The notes under the pieces: model-generated
Databases searched by the model: none
Told to the model about the DNA's origin: nothing
What the model saw: the letters and a program-made list of their open reading frames with translations, nothing else
From: Eledone cirrhosa
Lineage: Eukaryota
DNA: 64,000 nucleotides
Assembly: GCA_964016885.1 (NCBI GenBank)
Contig: OZ024740.1
Location: 96,968,001-97,032,000, forward strand
Reading direction: 5' to 3'
Shown here: piece after piece, positions 58,101 to 64,000 of the stretch
Layout: each line of letters starts with the position of its first letter
Position numbering within the stretch: the stretch's first letter is position 1
Position numbers and translations under genes: made by a program

Positions 58101-61100
58101 TATGCATAAGGTAAGTATATACGTTCAACAATATGGCAGGAAGGTATATGTTGCTGACGATAGCTAATAAGCTTGAAACTAGTACAGCGTTCCTTTGTCA
58201 GTGTTGAACAAACGAGCAACGATGTTTGCTATACGCTATGGCTTAATACGGGATGTTTGTTTACAAACACACCGAGCCTTATAATAAGTGTTCGGTGGAA
58301 CCATACGTACATATATATGTACGTGCATGTATGCATATAAATATACATACTACTGTACGTCTGTATACATATATGTATGTACGTATACTTACTTATATTT
58401 AAATAACAGCCGTACTAAGAGTGGGAAATGAAATTTCGTTTCATTTTTTCAGTTCATATTTTCGGTGCACCCGGCTGATGAACCCACTCGATATGCAAAT
58501 TGGGCTACTCAGTCCTTAATATGCATAAGGTAACTATATACGTTCAACAATCTGGCAGGAAGGTATATGTTGCTCACGACAGCTAATAAGCTTGTAACTA
58601 GTACAGCGTTCCTTTGTCAGTGTTGAACAAAAGAACAACGATGTTTGCTATACACTATATCTTAATACCGGATGTTTGTTAACAAACACACCGAGCCTTA
58701 TAATAAATGTTCGGTGAATCCATACGTACATATGTATGTGTGTGCATGTATGTATATAAATATACATACTACTGTACGGCTGTATACATATATGTATGTA
58801 CGAGTACATATATATATTTAAGTAACAGCCGTACTAAGAGTGGGAAATGAAATTTCGTTTCATTTTTTCCGTTTATCCTTTTCGGTGCACCCGGCCAATT
58901 AACCCACTCGATATGCAAATTGGGCTACTCAGACGTTAATATGCAAAAGGTAAGTATATACGTTCAACAATCCGGCAGGAAGGTATACGTTGCTGACGAT
59001 AGCTAATAAGCTTGAAACTAGTACAGCGTTCCTTTGTCAGTGTTGAACAAACGAGCAACGATGGTTGCTAGACACTACGGCTTAATACGGGATGTTTGTT
59101 TACAAAGACACCGATTATTATAGTAAGTGTTCGGTCAATCCATACATGCAGATATATGTGTGTGCATGTATGTATATAAATATACATACTACTGTACGTC
59201 TGTATACATATATGTATGTACGTATACTTACTTCAATTTAAATAACGGCCGTACTAAGAGTGAGAAATGAAATTTCGTTTCATTTTTTCCGTTTATCGTT
59301 TTCGGTGCACCCGGCCGATTAACCCACTCGATATGCAAATTGGGCTACTCAGCCGTTAATATGCAAGAGGTAAGTATATACGTTCAACAATCCGGCAGGA
59401 AGGTATATGTTGCTGACGATAGCTAATAAGCTTGAAACTAGTACAGCGTTCCTTTGTCAGTGTTGAACAAACGAGCAACGATGTTTGCTATACGCTATGG
59501 CTTAATACGGGATGTTTGTTTACAAACACAACGAGCCTTATAATAAATGTTTGGTGAATCCATACGTACATATATATGTCGTTGCATGTATGTATATAAA
59601 TTTACATACTACTGTACGTCTGTATACATATATGTATGTATATGTACATACTTATATATAAGTAACAGCCGTACTAAGAGTGGGAATGGAATTTCGTTTT
59701 ATTTTTTCCGCTTATCGTTTTCTGTGCACCCGTCAGATTAACCTACTCGATATGCAAAGTGGGCTACTCAACCGTTAATATACATACGGTAAGTATATAC
59801 GTCCAACAATCTGGCAGGAAGGTATACGTTGCTGACGATAGCTAATAAGCTTGAAATTAGTACAGCGTTCCTTTGTCAGTGTTGAACAAACGAGCAACGA
59901 TGGTTGCTATACACTACGGCTTAATAAGGGATGTTTGTTTTCAAACACACCGTGCATTATAATAAATGTTCGGTGAAACCATACGTACATGTATATGTGT
60001 GTGCATGTATGCATATAGATATACATACTACTGTACGTCTGTATACATATATGTATGTACGTGTACATACTTATATTTAAGTAACAGCCGTACTAAGAGT
60101 GGGAAATGCAATTTAGTTTCATTTTTTCCGTTTATCGTTTTCGGTGCACCCGGCCGATTAACCCACTCGATAGCCCAATTGGGCTACTCGGCCGTTAATA
60201 TTCATAAAGTAAGTATATACTTTCAACAATCTGGCAGGAAGGTATACGTTGCTGACGATATCTAATAAGCTTGAAACTAGTAGAGCGTTCCTTTGGCAGT
60301 GTTGAAGAAACGAGTAACGATGGTTGCTAGACACTACGGCTTAATACGGGATGTTTGTTTACAAACACACCGATTATTATAATAAGTGTTCGGTGAATCT
60401 ATACGTGTATATATATGTGTGTGCATGTATGTATATAAATATACATACTACTGTACGTCTGTATACATATATGTATGTACGTATACTTACTTATATTTAA
60501 ATAACAGCCGTACTAAGCGTGGGAAATGAAATTTCGTTTCATTTTTTCCGTTTATCGTTTTCGGTGCACACGGCCGATTAACCCACACGATATGCAAATT
60601 TGACTACTCAGCCGTTAATATACAAAAGGTAAGTATATACGTTCAACAATCTGGCAGGAAGGTATACTTTGCTGACGATAGCTAATAAGCTTGAAACTAG
60701 TACAGCGTTCCTTTGTCAGTGTTGAAGAAACGAGCAACGATGGTTGCTAGACACTACGGCTTAATATGGGATGTTTGTTTACAAACACATGTTCGGTGAA
60801 TCCATACGTACATATATATGTGCGTGCATGTATGTATATAAATATACATACTACTGTACGTCTGTATACATATATGTATGTACGTATACTTACTTATATT
60901 TAAATAACAGCCGTACTAAGCGTGGGAAATGAAATTTCGTTTCATTATTTCCGTTTATCGATTTCGGTGCACCCGGCCGATTAACCCACTCGATATGCAA
61001 ATTGGGCTACTCAGCCGTTAATATGCATAAAGTATGTATATACTTTGAAACAATCTGGCAGTATGGTATACGTTGCTGACGATAGCTAATAAGCTTGAAA

Positions 61101-64000
61101 CTAGTACAGCGTTCCTTTGGCAGTGTTGAACAAACGAGCAACGATGGTTGCTAGACACTACGGCTTAATACGGGATGTTTGTTTACAAAGACACCGATTA
61201 TTATAATAAGTGTTCGGTGAATCTATACGTGCAGATATATGTGTGTGCATGTATGTATATAAATATACATACTACTGTACGTCTGTATACATATATGTAT
61301 GTACGTATACTTACTTATATTTAAATAACAGCCGTACTAAGAGTGGGAAATGAAATTTCGTTTGATTTTTCCGTTTATCGTTTTCGGTGCACCCGGCCGA
61401 TTAACCCACTCGATATGCAAATTGGGCTACTCAGCCGTTAATATGCAAAAGGTAAGTATATACGTTCAACAATCTGGCAGGAAGGTATACGTTGCTGACG
61501 ATAGCTAATAAGCTTGAAACTAGTACAGCGTTCCTTCGTCAATGTTGAAGAAACGAGCAACGATGCTTGCTAGACACTACGGCTTAATACGGGATGTTTG
61601 TTTACAAAAACACCGAGCATTATAATAAATGTTCGGTGAATCCATACGTACATATATATGTGTGTGCATGTATGTATATAAATATACATACTATTGTACG
61701 TCTGTAAACATATATGTATGTACGTGTACATACTTATATATAAGTAACAGCCGTACTAAGAGTGGGAATAGAATTTCGTTTTATTTTTTCCGCTTATCGT
61801 TTTCGGTGCACCCGTCAGATTAACCCACTCGATATGCAAATTGGGCTACTCAACAGTTAATATGCATACGGTAAGTATATAAGTCCAACAATCTGGCAGG
61901 AAGGTATACGTTGCTGCCGATAGCTAATAGGCTTGAAACTAGTACAGCGTTCCTTTGTCAGTGTTGAAGAAACGAGCAACGATGGTTGCTAGACACTACG
62001 GCTTAATACGGGATGTTTGTTTCCAAACACACCTTGCATTATAATAAATGTTCGGTGAAACTATACGTACATATATATGTGCGTGCATGTATGTATATAA
62101 ATATACATACTACTGTACGTCTATATACATATATGTATGTACGTGTACATACTTATATTTAAGTAACTGCCGTACTAAGGGTGGGAAATGAAATTTAGTT
62201 TAATTTTTTCCGTTTATCGTTTTCGGTGCACCCGGCCGATTAACCCACTCGATATGCAAATTGGGCTACTGAGCCGTTAATATGCATAAGGTATGTAAAT
62301 ACTTTCAACAATCTGGCAGGAAGGTATATGTTGCTGACGATAGCTAATAAGCTTGAAACTAGTACAGCGTTCCTTTGTCAGTGATGAACAAACGAGCAAC
62401 GATGTTTGCTATACGCTATGGCTTAATACCGGATGTTTGTTTACAAACATACCGAGCATTATAATAAATGTTCGGTGAAACCATACGTACATATATATGT
62501 GCGTGCATGTATGCATATAAATATACATACTACTGTACGTCTGTATACATATATGTATGTACGTGTACATACTTATATTTAAATAACAGCCGTACTAAGA
62601 GTGGGAAATTGAATTTCGTTTCATTCTATCCGTGTATCGTTTTCGTTGCACCCGGCCGATTAACACACTCGATATGCAAATTGGGCTACTCAGCCGTTAA
62701 TATGCAAAAGGTAATTATATATGTTCAACAATCTGGCATGAATGTATACGTTGTTGACGATAGCTAATAAGCTTGAAACTAGTACAGCGTTCCTTTTTCA
62801 GTGTTGAAGAAACGAGCAACGATGGTTGCTAGACACTACGGCTTAATAGGGGATGTTTATTTACAAACACCCCGAGAATTATAATAAATGTTCGGTGAAT
62901 CCATACGTACATATATATGTGTGTGCATGTATGTATATAAATATTCGTACTACTGTACGTCTGTATACATATATGTATGTACGTGTACATATTTATATTT
63001 AAGTAACAGCCGTACTAAGAGTGGGAAATGAAATTTCGTTTAATTTTTTCCGTTTATTGTTTTCGGTGCACCCGGCCTATTAACCCACTCGATATGCAAA
63101 TTGGGCTACTCAGTCGTTAATATGCATAAAGTAAGTTTATACGTTCAACAATCTGGCAGGAAGGTATACGTTGCTGACGATAGCTAATAAACATGAAACT
63201 AGTACAGCGTTCCTTTGTCAGTGTTGAACAAACGAGCAACGATGTTTGCTCAAAACTACGGCTTAATACGGGATGTTTGTTTACAAACACACCGAGCATT
63301 ATAATAAATGTGCGGTGAATCCATACGTCATATATATGTGTGTGCATGTATGTATATAAATATGCATACTATTGTACGTCTGTATACATATATGTATGTA
63401 CGTGTACATACTTATATTTAAGTAACAGCCATACTAAGAGTGGGAATAGAATTTCGTTTCATTTTTTCCGCGTATCGTTTTCGGTGCACCCGTCAGATTA
63501 ACCCACTCGATTTGCAAATTGGGCTACTCAACAGTTAATATGCATACGGTAAGTATATACGTCCAACAATCTGGCAGGAAGGTATACGTTGCTGACGATA
63601 GCTAATAAGCTTGAAACTAGTACAGCGTTCCTTTGTCAGTGTTGAAGAAAAGAGCAACGATGGTTGCTAGACACTACGGCTTAATACGGGATGTTTGTTT
63701 CCAAACACACCGTGCATTATAATAAATGTTCGGTGAAACCATACGTACATATATATGTGCGTGCATGTATGCATATAAATATACATACTACTGTACGTCT
63801 ATATACATATATGTATGTACGTGTACATACTTATATTTAAGTAACAGCCGTACTAAGAGTGGGAAATGAAATTTAGTTTTATTTTTTCCGTTTATCGTTT
63901 TCGGTGCACCCGGTCGATTAACCCACTCGATATGCAAATTGGGCTACTCAACCGTTAATATACATACGGTAAGTATATACGTTCAACAATCTGGCAGGAA

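Larger units (their letters stand above)
15854..64000 (+). repeat. ~420-bp tandem satellite, ~115 units, hammerhead-bearing, with higher-order duplications; continues beyond window
   Basis: Landmarks (taagagtgggaaatg, gaaactagtacagcg, cattataataaatgttcggtg) recur every ~416-424 bp. Confidence 0.98.

Noticed and set aside
15763-63347. Recurrent 60-105 aa ORFs (MFGESIRTY..., MSVLTNEQ...) as a tandem gene family
   Set aside because: Open in only a minority of units, randomly broken by stops and indels, and they run through microsatellite-like sequence.
15854-64000. CRISPR array, or 5S rRNA/tRNA/snRNA gene cluster
   Set aside because: No unique spacers, and no recognisable 5S, tRNA cloverleaf or snRNA sequence in the unit.

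Overview
Repeat-dominated, AT-rich eukaryotic (animal) DNA with no intact protein-coding gene. The repeat repertoire resembles a mollusc or cephalopod genome, but that assignment is inference only. Bases 1-15.2 kb are a patchwork of TA/TATG/GA/GATA microsatellites carrying decayed mobile elements: an internally deleted RTE-type LINE, several Penelope-like elements (PLEs) with minimal type I hammerhead ribozyme (HHR) motifs in their termini, a foldback element, a 5'-truncated L1/Tx1 LINE sitting in (GATA)n, and an internally deleted Tc1/mariner. From about 15.28 kb to the window end lies a ~420-bp tandem satellite of roughly 115 units, preceded by ~1.4 inverted units and organised into higher-order duplications. 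The main finding is that the satellite unit encodes a minimal type I HHR (acgttg-CTGACGA-t-agct-aata-agct-t-GAAAC-ta-GTA-cagcgt). Its stem I extends into a long imperfect helix inside a highly self-complementary monomer, giving a large ribozyme/retrozyme-like satellite with a mix of intact and core-mutated copies. It shares distinctive HHR features with the neighbouring PLEs. Nearly all ORF-track entries are artefacts of microsatellites or of the satellite.
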